64,000 nt of DNA from Ginglymostoma cirratum (Eukaryota), in contig JAHRHZ010000289.1 of the NCBI GenBank assembly GCA_024137785.1, positions 33,209,164 through 33,273,163 of the forward strand, written 5' to 3'. This document shows positions 24,641 to 36,960 of this stretch, one piece after another. The translations under genes and the position numbers were made by a program. Position 1 is the stretch's first letter; every line of letters begins with the position of its first letter. Under the pieces are notes generated by a model. The model had not been told where the DNA came from, made no database searches, and saw only the letters and a program-made list of their open reading frames with translations.

Positions 24641-25429
24641 GGTCTAGGAAGTCTCAAAACTCACATCGTGTCACAAAATTCTGTAGACAGAAGAACACAA
24701 TCCTTGTACCTTTGTCCATGACATCAGTGAGTAACATTGCATACAAAATTAAATTAAATTCCTACTGTTCCACTGGGATGAGTTGTAACAATCTGTGACC
24801 TGAGAACAACCAGATGCACAAAATCAAATGTTCTATATCTGTTCAGTCCTTTGTTTCAAAGTGCATAGGGACATATTGGGAAGGAATAGGGCTGGATGGA
24901 GGGGAAGCTAGGGTCTTGGGAAATGGATTAGTATACCTGGCAACATACTGTGGATACTTGAGGCACTATTTCAGCTTGCTTTATTGCTTCAGGGGCTTAG
25001 GTAGCAATTTCCCAGAGATTTTCCTGAAATTCAATACAGTTTACTTCTTGTCATTTATCTCCCCAGTACACAGCATCACTGATACCTGGGGATACTGTGG
25101 TGTAGGTGATTCCACTGTTGAGTTGATACAATAGCCTTAGTTGGGTGTGATATTATTATTGCGCTTGTTACATGTTCATGTAACTCAATTCAGATGTGAA
25201 AATCACAAATTGAAGTATTCTATTTCAGTAGGCACCATCTACGCAAAGCACTTTAGAATGCTCAAAAATCAAATCATGATGAGGGACAATTTATAAAGAT
25301 ACTTATCCTCATACGTTTGGAGGAAAGATCAGGGGATTGCAATTGTAAGGCACAGAAGAAATTATGACAGCATCCACATAACCTTAGAAAGGGGATAAAA
25401 CATGTTAGCCTAAAAAAATGTTCGGATTA

Positions 25430-26690
25430 GAGGGCACGGTGGTAACGGGAAGAAATGGAATGACAGCAAGATAAAGCCCTGGTCAGACCACACCTAGAAT
25501 GCTTTATACAGTCCTAAACAGCACACCTTACAAGATAATACTGAGCTTGCACAGCAGATTCACCAGGTTCTATGGGTTAGATTATGAGAAGACATTACAT
25601 AAGCCAGAAGGTAAAGCTTGAAAATGAACATAATGGGTGTACTGGAGTTCCATTTTTAAGGGTATGAGGCAAGTCAGACCAGTATATNNNNNNNNNNNNN
25701 NNNNNNNNNNNNNNNNNNNNNNNNNNNNNNNNNNNNNNNNNNNNNNNNNNNNNNNNNNNNNNNNNNNNNNNNNNNNNNNNNNNNNNNNNNNNNNNNNNNN
25801 NNNNNNNNNNNNNNNNNNNNNNNNNNNNNNNNNNNNNNNNNNNNNNNNNNNNNNNNNNNNNNNNNNNNNNNNNNNNNNNNNNNNNNNNNNNNNNNNNNNN
25901 NNNNNNNNNNNNNNNNNNNNNNNNNNNNNNNNNNNNNNNNNNNNNNNNNNNNNNNNNNNNNNNNNNNNNNNNNNNNNNNNNNNNNNNNNNNNNNNNNNNN
26001 NNNNNNNNNNNNNNNNNNNNNNNNNNNNNNNNNNNNNNNNNNNNNNNNNNNNNNNNNNNNNNNNNNNNNNNNNNNNNNNNNNNNNNNTGATGCTGCTTGG
26101 CCTGCTGTGTTCATCCAGCTCTACACCTTGTTATCTCAGTATATATCATCCGCAAGTTTTAATGACTTTTCTCTCTATGAAAACAGGTTTGTATTTCTTG
26201 GAAGATGTAAGATCATGGACTGATTTTTGAATTTTTTTAAAAAAGGTCCTTTTTCACTCATGGAACGTAGGCATTGCTAACTAGGTCAGCATTTTATTGG
26301 CTGACCTTAGCTATCCTTGAGAAGGTGGCAGTGATTTGATTGAGGTGTTCAGAATTTTACAAGAAACCTACTGTACAAATAAAAGAAACATTTTCTCCTG
26401 ATGAGAAGGTCTGGGACAATCGGAAATAATCTTGATATCAGAGTCAGACCTTTTAGGAGGAAAGTTAGGAAATACTTTCTCACGAAAAAATATGGTAGAA
26501 TTGTGAAACCCTCTCCCACCAAAATCAATTGATATTAATTCAATTTATAACAGTAACCTACAATCAATTGATATTTTCTAGTCAAGACCATTACAGGATT
26601 CGGAGCTGAAGTGGTTGGATATAGACCAACCATGAACTCATTGACTAGCAGAGCAAGCTCAAAGGCTGACTGGCTGATTCCTGTTTTGGT
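25430..26690 (+). mobile_element. Old CR1 3' fragments flanking gap 1
   Basis: ALVRPHLE (25477-25500), RFTR, LIEVFRIL and RKYFL motifs, and a CR1-like 3' UTR at 26600-26690. Interrupted by the gap, a PLE tail and an antisense LINE tail at 26255-26333. Confidence 0.6.
25688..26087. other. Assembly gap (400 N)
   Basis: Run of exactly 400 N; the right edge is a family-A PLE tail (26088-26136). Confidence 0.99.
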
Positions 26691-27049
26691 GTTGCTATGA
26701 ATTTATGCGAAATCACACTTCAAGGCAATCTTAAGCAAGAAACATTGGTGTTCTTCAGGCTTATCCTTAGGTCCTATGTGCAACCTAAACTCAAATACTT
26801 CAGGGAAGCTCAGGTCTATCATTACTTTATCAAATACCACAAAAAGCATTATAAATTGCAACTTGAGAATGAATCTGCTGGGTTAGTGTTAACTTTTTGC
26901 ACCTCAGCTCAAAAGTAATGACCCACATTTGTTTACTGTTGCATATTAAACCTTTACATACTGCCTATGTTATCTCTGCAAGCCTAGCCAGAAAGATCTA
27001 CAAAGTGGATTGGGGGATGGGAGAGAAGGCTGCTACCAATTAGCTTCAA

Positions 27050-27281
27050 CACAGTATGGAGCTGGAGGAACACAGCAGGCCAGGCAGCATCAGAGGAGCA
27101 GGAAAGTTGACATTTCAGATCAGGACCCTTCTTCAGAAACCATTTCTTCAAAATTTCTGAAGAAGAGTCCCGATCCAAAATGTCAACTTGCCTGCCCCTC
27201 TGATGCTGCCTGGTCTGCTGTGTTCCTCCAGCTCCATATTGTGTTGTCTCTGACTCCAGCATCTGCAGTTCTTGCTATCTC
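27050..27281. mobile_element. PLE family-A hairpin mini-element with two opposite-strand decayed HHRs
   Basis: Arms ~27050-27138 (-) and 27154-27243 (+), with the tail only on the right. Each arm ends at TTTCTGAAGA. Degenerate TSD ACCAATTAGCTTCAA (27035-49) / ACTAACTCGCCTCAA (27282-96). Confidence 0.85.
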
Positions 27282-28887
27282 ACTAACTCGCCTCAATGCT
27301 TTCCTCAAAAACACCCGTACTCATGGGCATACTAATTGGATACTAGTTTAAGTAGGGCCCTCAGCTGAAGGAAAACAAACAAGGAATTGAACCTGTAGCT
27401 TCCTTAATTTGATTTTGTATGTAATTCTAGCATGATTCTGTTACGTAGTCATTAATTGAAAATAAAATTTAGCGCTGATGTCAGTAATTTTATATTGATC
27501 ACGTGACAGTGATAGGTTTGTCACAATTCACTTATCATGAGGCTTCACTTCAACTTTGAACCTTTGGTTTGATAAGTCAGCCAAACACGACGCAGAATCC
27601 AAACTTCAAATTAAAGTTTAATCTTCAAACTTTTCTAGTTATGTCAGCATTAAAGGCAAGATATCGCATGGAGCAAAAATAATCCCACCAGTTTCAGCAG
27701 AAGATATTCACATGTTTACTCACTTATTATACCATTTTATTTCTTCAAGTCATAGTCAGATGCAGCTCAGGGGCACAATGTTATTCAGAATCTCTTTAGA
27801 AATATCATGCAGCTGCTGCCGAGTGGCATCCTGAACAGAAGCAATGGGGCTCTGAGTAGTTGTCTCAATGTACATTGTCACTGAAGATAAACAAGCATAC
27901 AAAGTCTATTTCCAGGCTACCTCTGACCATCAGTTTGACAGCACGTATTGTAGCGGTAACAAAAAATTGCAAATTCACATGTAAATGCACAGCACAAAAC
28001 CAATCTGCATTAAAATACAGGTTTAGCTTGCAGAGGAAGTAGCCTTGTGGATACCAAATAGCTGGCTGGGCCAAGCACAGGAAAAATTATTTGACTGCAA
28101 GTAATGACTGAGTAACTCCTGAGTGACAGAGTCAGTACGGTTATGACCCATCTCATAAGTGGATATTTATCACAATCACACTGCCGACCAAGGCGGTCGG
28201 AACACTTAAAAACTTCTGCAACAAAACAGACAGGTACCTATCCTACATTGTAAAGATCGCTTCAGAATATTGGTTAAAAATACTTTTATGTCATCGCTTT
28301 GCCATTGTGTTATTCTACACATCAAAATAGGATCTTTATTCCCACTTTAATTTCACCAAAATGACCAGGTATATGTACTTTGCAACAAGAAAGTTTATGC
28401 CATGGGAATCCTTTCTGAAATACAAACTTTGTCACATAGTAGTATTGATAACTATTCTGTAATTAGTCAGCAATGAAAAATCAGGAGGTAGATCCGTGAA
28501 GGGCTAGAGGGGAAACAGCATCATTGTTTGACATTCTGTTGCTATTTTTGATCCTAATAGATTGACCCAGTTACTCTGCTTAAATGGCAATTGTTTGGCT
28601 AAGTAACCAAGGTAATTTAAGTTACTGCTCTGCACAGATCTCAATCAATTTGTTAGCAACGTTCGGTCTTTCAGGAAGACATACTCTTTTGATCTTTGTG
28701 GGCCAAGACAGACAGGTTGTAAAGCCAGCTGGGGCCACAAAAGCAGGAATGTTGCAGAAAGCATATGAAACTCTGCTGTTTGAGAATATCAAACGGAATT
28801 TAATCTTCAAGGCAGGAGTTGAGAATTAGGCTATGTCCCTATGTTGCAATCCCACCTCCTGCTGGACATTACTCATACAATGAACCA

Positions 28888-29239
28888 TTGAATCCCTATA
28901 GCAGGCTATTCAGCTCATCGAGTCCACACTGACCCTTTGAAGAGCATCCTACGCACACCGCAACACCCCCCCCAACCCTAACCTTGAAACATTGTATTTG
29001 CTATGACAAATCTACCTCATCTGCACATCCCTGGTCACTATGGGCCACTTACCATGGCCAGTTCGCCTAACCTACGCATCTCTAGATTGTGGGAGGAAAT
29101 CAGAGCACCCAGAGGAAACACCCGCAGACATGGGAAGAATGTGCAAACTGCACACAGTCAGTCACCCAAGACTAGAATCGAACCTGGGTCCGTGGCGCTG
29201 TGAGGCAGCAGTACTAAGCACTGGGCCACCGTGCCACCC
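28888..29239 (-). mobile_element. HE1 SINE
   Basis: Minus-strand head GGGTGGCACGGTGGCCCAGTGCTTAG, V-domain and tail. Confidence 0.9.
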
Positions 29240-29659
29240 CATGCTGTTTTATGGTGGGGCATCTTCTATGGTGGGGCATTTCCTGAAGCAGTTCCAAAGT
29301 TGAAATGTAGGCAGAAGAATGCCAAGGTAAGCACATAGAGCAGTCCAGCTCCCAACATCATTCAAAGTTCACATAAACCTCACCCAAATATCTGCCCATA
29401 TTACCTCATGCCTTTCAGATCAGCCATGCCACTTTCACACTCCCCATGCATCTTCCATAACCACTCACCCAATATTTACTGTGGAGCCATGAAATAGCCA
29501 CAGAGATTAATTTGAAATCATTGAAAAATTAAACCTCGAACAATTGAATTAATTCCTGAATCGAACACACTACCACTGGGGATAAAAAAAACTACCCATG
29601 TGCAAAAACTCCTAAAGTGTCTATTAGTTTTGTAAACATCAAAATCATCTTATAACAAG

Positions 29660-29990
29660 ACCATATGAAGAAAAGAAACAGGAACAGGAACAGGAATAGG
29701 TCATTCAGCCCCACCATTTAATAGGATCATGACTGATCCAACAATCCTCACATTCGCATTCCTGTGTTTTCCCCCTAGCCCATGATTCCCCTACTGATCA
29801 AGGACCTTAGACTTAAATTAGTGTCCCTTTGTTTTTAGACTATACCCTGAGGTTTTAAACTCTTCCACGCGGGGAAATATTCTCTGAGCATTTTGCCTCT
29901 ATCAACCTCCTTAAGAATCCTATATGTTTCAATGAGGTCATCTCTCATTCATCTAAACTCCAGTCGGTTGGGTCCCAACCTGTTCGTCTT
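29660..29990 (-). mobile_element. CR1 3' fragment with internal deletion
   Basis: Antisense CR1 3' UTR (GGTCATTCAGCCC..GATCATGACTGAT) plus CCTTAAGAATCCTATATGTTTCAATGAGGTC (= DLIETYRILK). Confidence 0.8.
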
Positions 29991-30831
29991 TGCAGTGTCT
30001 TTAAAATTTTGATCAATCTTTGGCCTGCTGAGCTGAAGCCATATACAGCTTTCCATATACAGCTTTTGAAACCCAGCCAAGAAATCATAATGGCTACAGC
30101 TGTCACAATAAATCTTTTAGCTACATTGTCTGACACTGCCACTGCAGAATGGTATGTCATTCCCAGTTTCAAAGCGAAGTATTTGTCAATTGATGGAAAG
30201 GAGCAGGTGCATAGTTTCTTCAATTTTCAAAAGCAGGATTTGTTTTAGCAATCAAAGCTGTGAGTCAATTTAATTCACAGCATAAACACAAGGCTGACTT
30301 TTTGGGTTTCATTTTGAATGCAACATAGAATTCTCTTAAAATAGAAGGAAACACTGTAACGCATGAAAATAATCACACATTGGTGTTAATATCAGGTTGA
30401 ACTTACCTCTTTAGGTCAGATCATTAAAGTTTATCATTACATTAAAAACATATCTACATTACAATAAATCTCTACTCCAACGTTTGAACGTGTAACATTA
30501 TTTTAACTGCCAGAGAGGCATGAACCTCTCTGCAGGCTTTCCCCAGTGAATCTCTCCAATAAGGTAAGATTTTTTAGGACTCTCAAAGCTGACAGCAGCA
30601 CAAAAGATTTTCAGGAGGAAAACAATTTCTCTGTGGACTTCACCCTGGGGGGTCCCAGCATCGGAAGAGATGTACGAGAGGTTTGCACTCAAGGCCATTC
30701 TGACATGCAAGAAAGCTACATAAAAATGGCGTGATGTTGGAAAGGTAGAAAAAAATTGTTCATTCAGAAAAAAACTAAACTCAGTGGTTTGAACCTTGAT
30801 TCGCATCTCTATTGAGAAGCGAAATTCAGTC

Positions 30832-32068
30832 CAATAAGACCATAAGACCATAAGACATAGGAGTGGAAGTAAGGCCATTCGGCCCATCGAGTCCACTCCA
30901 CCATTTAATCATGGCTGATGGGCATTTCAACTCCACTTACCTGCACTCTCCCCGTAGCCCTTGATTCCTTGCAAGATCAAGAATTTATCAATCTCTGCCT
31001 TGAAGACATTCAACGTCCCGGCCTCCACTGCGCTCCGTGGCAATGAATTCCACAGGCCCACCACTCTCTGGCTGAAGAAATGTCTCCTCATTTCCGTTCT
31101 AAATTGACCCCCTCTAATTCTAAGGCTGTGCCCACTGGTCCTAGTCTCCCCACCTAACGGAAACAACTTCCCAGCGTCCACCCTTTCTAAGCCATGCATT
31201 ATCTTGTAAGTTTCTATTAGATCTCCCCTCAACCTTCTAAACTCTAATGAATACAATCCCAGGATCCTCAACCGTTCATCGTATGTTAGGCCTACCATTC
31301 CAGGAATCATCCGTGTGAATCTCCGCTGGACACGCTCCAGTGCCAGTATGTCCTTCCTGAGGTGTGGGGCCCAAAATTGGACACAGTATTCTAAATGGGG
31401 CCTAACTAGAGCTTTATAAAGTCTCAGAAGCACATCGCTGCTTTTATATTCCAACCTTCTTGAGATAAATGACAACATTCCATTCACTTTCTTAATCATG
31501 GACTCAACCTGCAAGTTAACCTTTAGAGAATCCTGGACTAGCACTCCCAGATCCCTTTGTACTTCGGCTTTATGAATTTTCTCACCTTTCTGAAAACAGT
31601 CCATGCCTGTATTCTTTTCTCCAAAGTGCAAGACCTCGCATTTGCTCACGTTGAATTTCATCAGCCATTTCCTGGACCACTCTCCTAAACTGTCTAAATC
31701 ATTCTGCAGCCTCCCCACCTCCTCAGTACTACCTGCCTGTCCACCCAACTTTGTATCATCGGCAAACTTCGCCAGAATGCCCCCAGTCCCTTCATCCAGA
31801 TCATTAATATATAAAGTGAACAGCTGCGGCCCCAACACTGAACCCTGCAGGATACCACTTGTCGCCAGTTGCCATTCCAAAAAAGAGCCTTTTATCCCAA
31901 CTCTCTGCCTTCTGTCAGACAGCCAATCCTCAATCCATGCCAGTAACTCACCTTGAACACCATGGGCCCTCACCTTACTCAGCAGCCTCCCGTGAGGCAC
32001 CTTATCAAAGGCCTTTTGGAAGTCTAGATAGATAACATCCACTGAATTTCCCTGGTCTAACCTACTTG
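30832..32068 (-). mobile_element. Young 5'-truncated CR1 LINE
   Basis: Uninterrupted RT C-terminal ORF, 3' UTR and (TCTTATGG)n tandem tail; near-identical to 56591-57598. Confidence 0.97.
30927..32068 (-). CDS. CR1 ORF2 reverse transcriptase fragment (open frame, lacks N-terminus)
   Basis: YLDFQKAFDKVPH, LQGSVLGPQLFTLYINDL, KFADDTKLGG, LVRPHLEYCVQFWAP and RRLRGDLIETYKI. The listed start codon comes from flanking DNA. Confidence 0.85.
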
Positions 32069-34178
32069 CTTGTGTGCATGGTTCCAAAGTTTGTTGGTTA
32101 GGTGATCATTTGTAACAATATACTTTGAGTTAGTTCTGCAATTGTCTCAGTAGGCTACTGCTGTATTTTTAGACTCCTTTACTTCTCTCAGTTGTAAATT
32201 GATTGAGGACATCCAGCAGATGTCACAGATCACAATAGAAATGCAACTTCTCTATCTGTCAAACATTGAACAGGTTTTTGACAAACAGGAAATTAATTAT
32301 ACAACTGCATTAAGAATAGCCAGCAAATCCAGGGGCACCATAGAATAATCAAACACAACACTCAGTTTCAACTTCATCAATGAACATTTCGATACTTACT
32401 GTGCATAAGAGGCTTGGCAAATTGTAATAGAGAGATTTTAGAGAAGTTAATGCCATGAGCACTGCTTGACTGTCCACAAAGCTGCAATTTCTCACAACCC
32501 TGCTGTCAGAAGCACCATACTGTGGAAAAAATTAATTGTATTTCTTTGTACGTAAATCACAATTACAGCAGAAAAATGGTGCGATTTATTATTTAATGCT
32601 GGTCTACAAAATAACAAGCCTATGATTTAAAGCATTATTATCGAGCAATGTGGTATTGGTTCTTTGCTTTATTCAGTCAACTTCTTGCAGGAGATAATTG
32701 CTATGCATCTTGCCAGCTATTGATCTCAACGGAGAAATATAAAAGACAGTGGTAAAAAAAAACTGGTGATAGTGAATCAGTTGCTCTGGTATTTTTTCCA
32801 GATGGTCATTCTTGGTATCTCATGGTAGTTGCCACTTCTACCAGTGTCTAAAACCAGGTAAAGTCCTATAAGGTTATTCTCTTTTGACTTTGTATTAGGA
32901 CTACTGATTGATTACTGATGAAGGATTTATCACCACCACCATTGAATACTTCCAGAAAAGGCACTGTTCTCTGATAACACAAATGTTTATTGCATGATAA
33001 TAATAAGTACAACTTCATTTGGTCCAGCATAATTGCTAGGTTTTTAGGGGACTGCTTTCAGATATATCTGCTCACTCCAAAAGCAGGAGTTCATCGGCAT
33101 GTCTCCACCCACAAACTCTGTGCAATATCACTGAAATGGGTGGAGCCCATGTAACATGGACATTAACCCACATTAGAACCATTACCTTATACAACAGCTG
33201 CCATTACTTCACTGGCACAAATTGCTTTAACTCAGCAGCAACATCATCTTTCTTAAAAAAAGCCCAAAGATTTTCATATGGCTGTATTTACATCTTGCAC
33301 AAGTACAACAGGCTGAATGGCCTCTGCGATCTATTCTGAAATCTTCACTCCCACGTGAATTGCCTCTCTCCTTATTAGAAAGAAAAGGAGTTAATCAATG
33401 TTGCATAAGCTCCTTCTGATTCATTTCTGGTCCATCATTGTGTTATTTGATGAGAATAACTTTGTCCCAAGCACTCCAACCTGGCCAATTTTATGTGTGG
33501 CTCTTACCCTCCATAGTTTAAGTTAAATGACCTGGTTCTATTCACATTATTCATGCTTATTAGTGTTAGACCACTTGTGAATTATTGCACAATCCTCAAA
33601 GGTTTAAGAAATTGTGACATTAATTGCAGAAGGTGCTGGGTCCTACAGATAACATGCTGTTGCTGATCCACTGCCGAAAGCAAGAAATAAAATCTCTTAA
33701 TACCACAGCAGCTTTTACACCATGTCCTTCAACATCAGCTCTCTTTTCATCATTATTCCAACAAAACTATCCACATAATAAGAAGACCATACAGATACAA
33801 ATAAGGTCTGTCCAATAGTTTGTGACAATCATTCAGTCCCCCTGCTCTGCATGATGCTCAACCAGTGTAAAATCTTGTCAAGGCATTGTAGTTAACTTTT
33901 ACAGTAACTCATCAAATAATACAGATGGAATACTGTTCAAGTTTCAAAATCATGAAATAATATGAACTTCTGTGCAGCTTACATCCTACTGCAAAAATGA
34001 CTATGCCTATGGCTTTGTCATAGTTGTATCCTAACTCCACCATCACAGCATCTACCAGTTAATTCTTGTTAGTGTATCTTCCCATCGTACTGAGTGGTGA
34101 TGTGACTTTTACTCCCCTATAGTCATTAAGGATGTGGCATACAAGTGAAGTATAAAAGAACAAGCCGCACATGCATTA

Positions 34179-34317
34179 GAGATATAAGGAACTGCATATG
34201 CTGGAGAATCCGAGATAACAAGGTGTAGAGCTGGATGAACACAGCAGGCCAAGCAGCATCATAGGAGCAGGAAAGCTTTCCTGATCCTATGATGCTGCTT
34301 GGCCTGCTGTGTTCATT
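34179..34317. mobile_element. PLE family-A zero-spacer palindromic mini-element
   Basis: 41-bp arms 34235-34275 and 34276-34316 (one mismatch) centred on AAAG|CTTT, with the tailed arm on the left. TSD AAGCCGCACATGCATTA (34162-78) / AAGCTGTATATGCATAA (34318-34). Confidence 0.88.
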
Positions 34318-34384
34318 AAGCTGTATATGCATAATGCCTTTCATGACTTTCACTCATCTAAAATAATAAAAAGAATTTTTAAAA

Positions 34385-36960
34385 ATTCATTTATGGAATG
34401 TGGGCATCGTTTTCTAGACCAGCATTTATTGCTCATAGCACTGTTACAATATGGGACACCTGACAGTCAATTACAAGCACAAATAATCTGTACCATTGGT
34501 GTAGATGGAGAGATGAATGCTAGCCATGATACTATGGTGAACTCCTTTGCACCAAGCCAAAACAGTGCCCTGGATCTTTTGCGATCATTTGGTAACAGGG
34601 GAAGTTTTAATTAGAGCTAAGTTTAGGTGGGACGTAGGGAGACTGCCAAACCATCTGATTTGATCTTATCATAGCCTCATTTGCAGTTGATTGGTAGGCA
34701 GAGATATATAGCATCACTTAAAAGGGAATTTACACTTAATTCTCAAATAAAATAGGACTGCAAATGCTGGAATCTGAAAAATAAATGGAACAACTGGAAA
34801 GAGCTTTGCAACCTTGAGAAAGTAATGGTGAGCTACCTTCTTGCTGCACTCCAACTGGTGCATGCACAAATACACAGACTTATTAGAAAGAGTGGTCTAA
34901 TGTTTGATCGAGCAATCATGAAGGAATGGTGACACATTTCTAAGTCAGAGTGGTATGCTGCATGCAAAGAACCTTGCAGGGCTTGATGTTTCATGCACTT
35001 GCTGCCTTGTTCTTTCTAGGTGGCAGAGGTCAGAGACTTGGAATGTTCTGTTAAAGAGCCTTATGTATGTGATACACAGCTGCTATTGCATATCAATGGT
35101 GGAGTGAGTGAATGTTTAAGAAAGAGGTGAAAAAAAATGCACCACTATGTCCTTAATAGTGTTGATCTCCTTAATTATTGTTGCAGCCATGTTCAGCCAA
35201 GCAAGTGTAAAGTGTTGCATCACACTCCTGGTTTGAGTAATGTAGATGGTGGACAAGTTTGAGAGACGGGAAATGAGTATTGCTTGCCTCTGACCTGTTC
35301 TTGTAGCTACAGTACTTAACAAGCTGTTTCAGTTTCTGGTAAGTGTTCGCACTAGGACATTAACAGACAGAGGAATTCAGTAATGGCAATGCCGTCAAAT
35401 GTCAGAGGGAGATGGTTGAAATCTCTCTTAGAATCATGGAGTTATAAGATGCACAGCATGGAAGTAGACCCTTCAGTCCACTCGTCCATGCTAACCAGAT
35501 ATCCTAAATTAATCTAGTCCCATTTACCAGCATTTGGCCCATATTCTTCTAAACCCTTCCTATTCATATACCTATCCAGATGCCTTTTAAAAGTTGTAAT
35601 TGTACCAACCTCCAACATTTCCTCTGGAGCTCATTCCATACATGCACCACTCACTGCTTGAAAATGTTGTCCCTTAGATCCTTTTCAAGTCTTTCCACTC
35701 TCACTTTAAACCTATGCCTTCTAGTTTTGGACTCCTGTACCCTTCAGAAAAGACTTTGCCTGTTCACCCCATCCACGCCCCTCATGATTTTATAAATTTC
35801 TGTAAGGTCACCCCTCAGCCTCCGATGCTCCAGGGAAAATAGCCCCAGCCTATTCAGCCTCTCCCTGTAAGCTCAAACCCGCCAACCCTGGCAACATCCT
35901 TGTAAATCTTTTCTGAACACTTTCAAGTTTCAATTGTCATTGTCTGGCGCTTATATTGAGAAGATGTTACTAGCTTGGCTGTTGGCCAAGTGTTGCAGCG
36001 TGCGAGCAGTGTATTTTGGTTTCTGAGGAGTTATAGATGCTGCTGAGCATTATGCAATTGTCAGTGAACATCCCCACCTGTGATCTTATGATAGAGGGCA
36101 GGTCATTGTTGAAGCAGCTCTAGATGGTCGGGCCTAGCACCCTGTCGTGAGGAACTCCTTCAGAGATATCCTGGGGCTGAGAAGACTGAGCTCCAAGAAG
36201 TACTTCAAGAAATCTTTGCATTCGGTGTGATTCCAACCATTGGAGAGTTTTCTCTCTGCTTTCCATTGCCTTCAGCTTTGTTTGGGCTCCTTGATGTTGT
36301 ACTCAGCTGAATGCTGACTTAATGTCAACAGCAGTTACTCTCACCTGCCCACTCAGTTCAGTTATTTTGTACGTGCTTGGATGAAAGTTGTACTGAGGTC
36401 TGGAACTGAGATATTCTGTCAAAAACCAAAGTGAGCACAAAGAAGCAAGTGCCACTTGGTCGGGCCATCAAATACATTCTATCACTGAGTTTATGATCAG
36501 GAGTGGATGAATGGGAGGTAATTACATGGATTGGATTTGCCTGGCTTGTTGTGGGCAGAAAATATTCAGGCAATTTTTCATATGTAGGGTAATTGTTAGT
36601 GCTGAACTCTACTGGTGTAACTTGGCTAAGAAAACAGCAGTACAAATTTTCTGCACTATTGTCAGGATGTTGTCAAAGCTCTAACATTTGCAGTATCTAG
36701 TGTCTTCAACCATCTCTTAGTAACACATTGATTGAATTAAATTGGCTGAAGGTGGGCCGTAGGACACTGAAAATCTCCCGTAGAGTCCAAGATGTATCGT
36801 TTATTCAATATTTCTGCCTGAAGATGGTTGCGAATGGTTCAGCCTTCTCTTTTGCATTAATGTTTGAGGCTTCCCCCATCTTCAAGGATGAGGACATTTG
36901 TGGAACCTTCTCCTCTGAGTAGTTTAATTTTCCATCAACATCCTAAATGAGATCTGGCTT
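34385..36960 (-). mobile_element. Long degraded LINE of a second CR1/L2-group family
   Basis: Tail GGAATGTGGGCATCG..CCAGCATTTATTG / CCTTGAGAA..GGTGAGC (same tail on + at 39265-39345). The minus strand gives ISEGVPHDRVLGPTI.SCFNND and LTLSQHSAE (cf. DIKAAFD) in the RT region. Interrupted at 34440-34810 and 35428-35932. Confidence 0.75.
35428..35932 (-). mobile_element. CR1 (HER1-like) 3' fragment nested in the older LINE
   Basis: Antisense RLNRLGLFSLEHRRLRGDLTEIYKIMRGVD..SKTRRHRFKV, plus a CR1 3' UTR. Confidence 0.88.

Noticed and set aside
25637-26230. Long ORFs at 25637/25674 and 49217/49225
   Set aside because: Artefacts of the 400-N gaps.
27050-27281. Hairpin elements as DNA-transposon MITEs or pre-miRNAs
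   Set aside because: The arms are homologous to the 3' end of the GIY-YIG-encoding PLE, are asymmetric (one tail) and have long variable TSDs, which fits retrotransposition.
30401-30470. Strong minus-strand donors at 30401 and 12068
   Set aside because: The candidate exons upstream of them have stops in all three frames.
30927-32087. 386-aa RT ORF as a domesticated or autonomous gene
   Set aside because: 5'-truncated, no endonuclease domain, start codon borrowed from the flank, and a near-identical frameshifted sibling exists; the open frame reflects youth.
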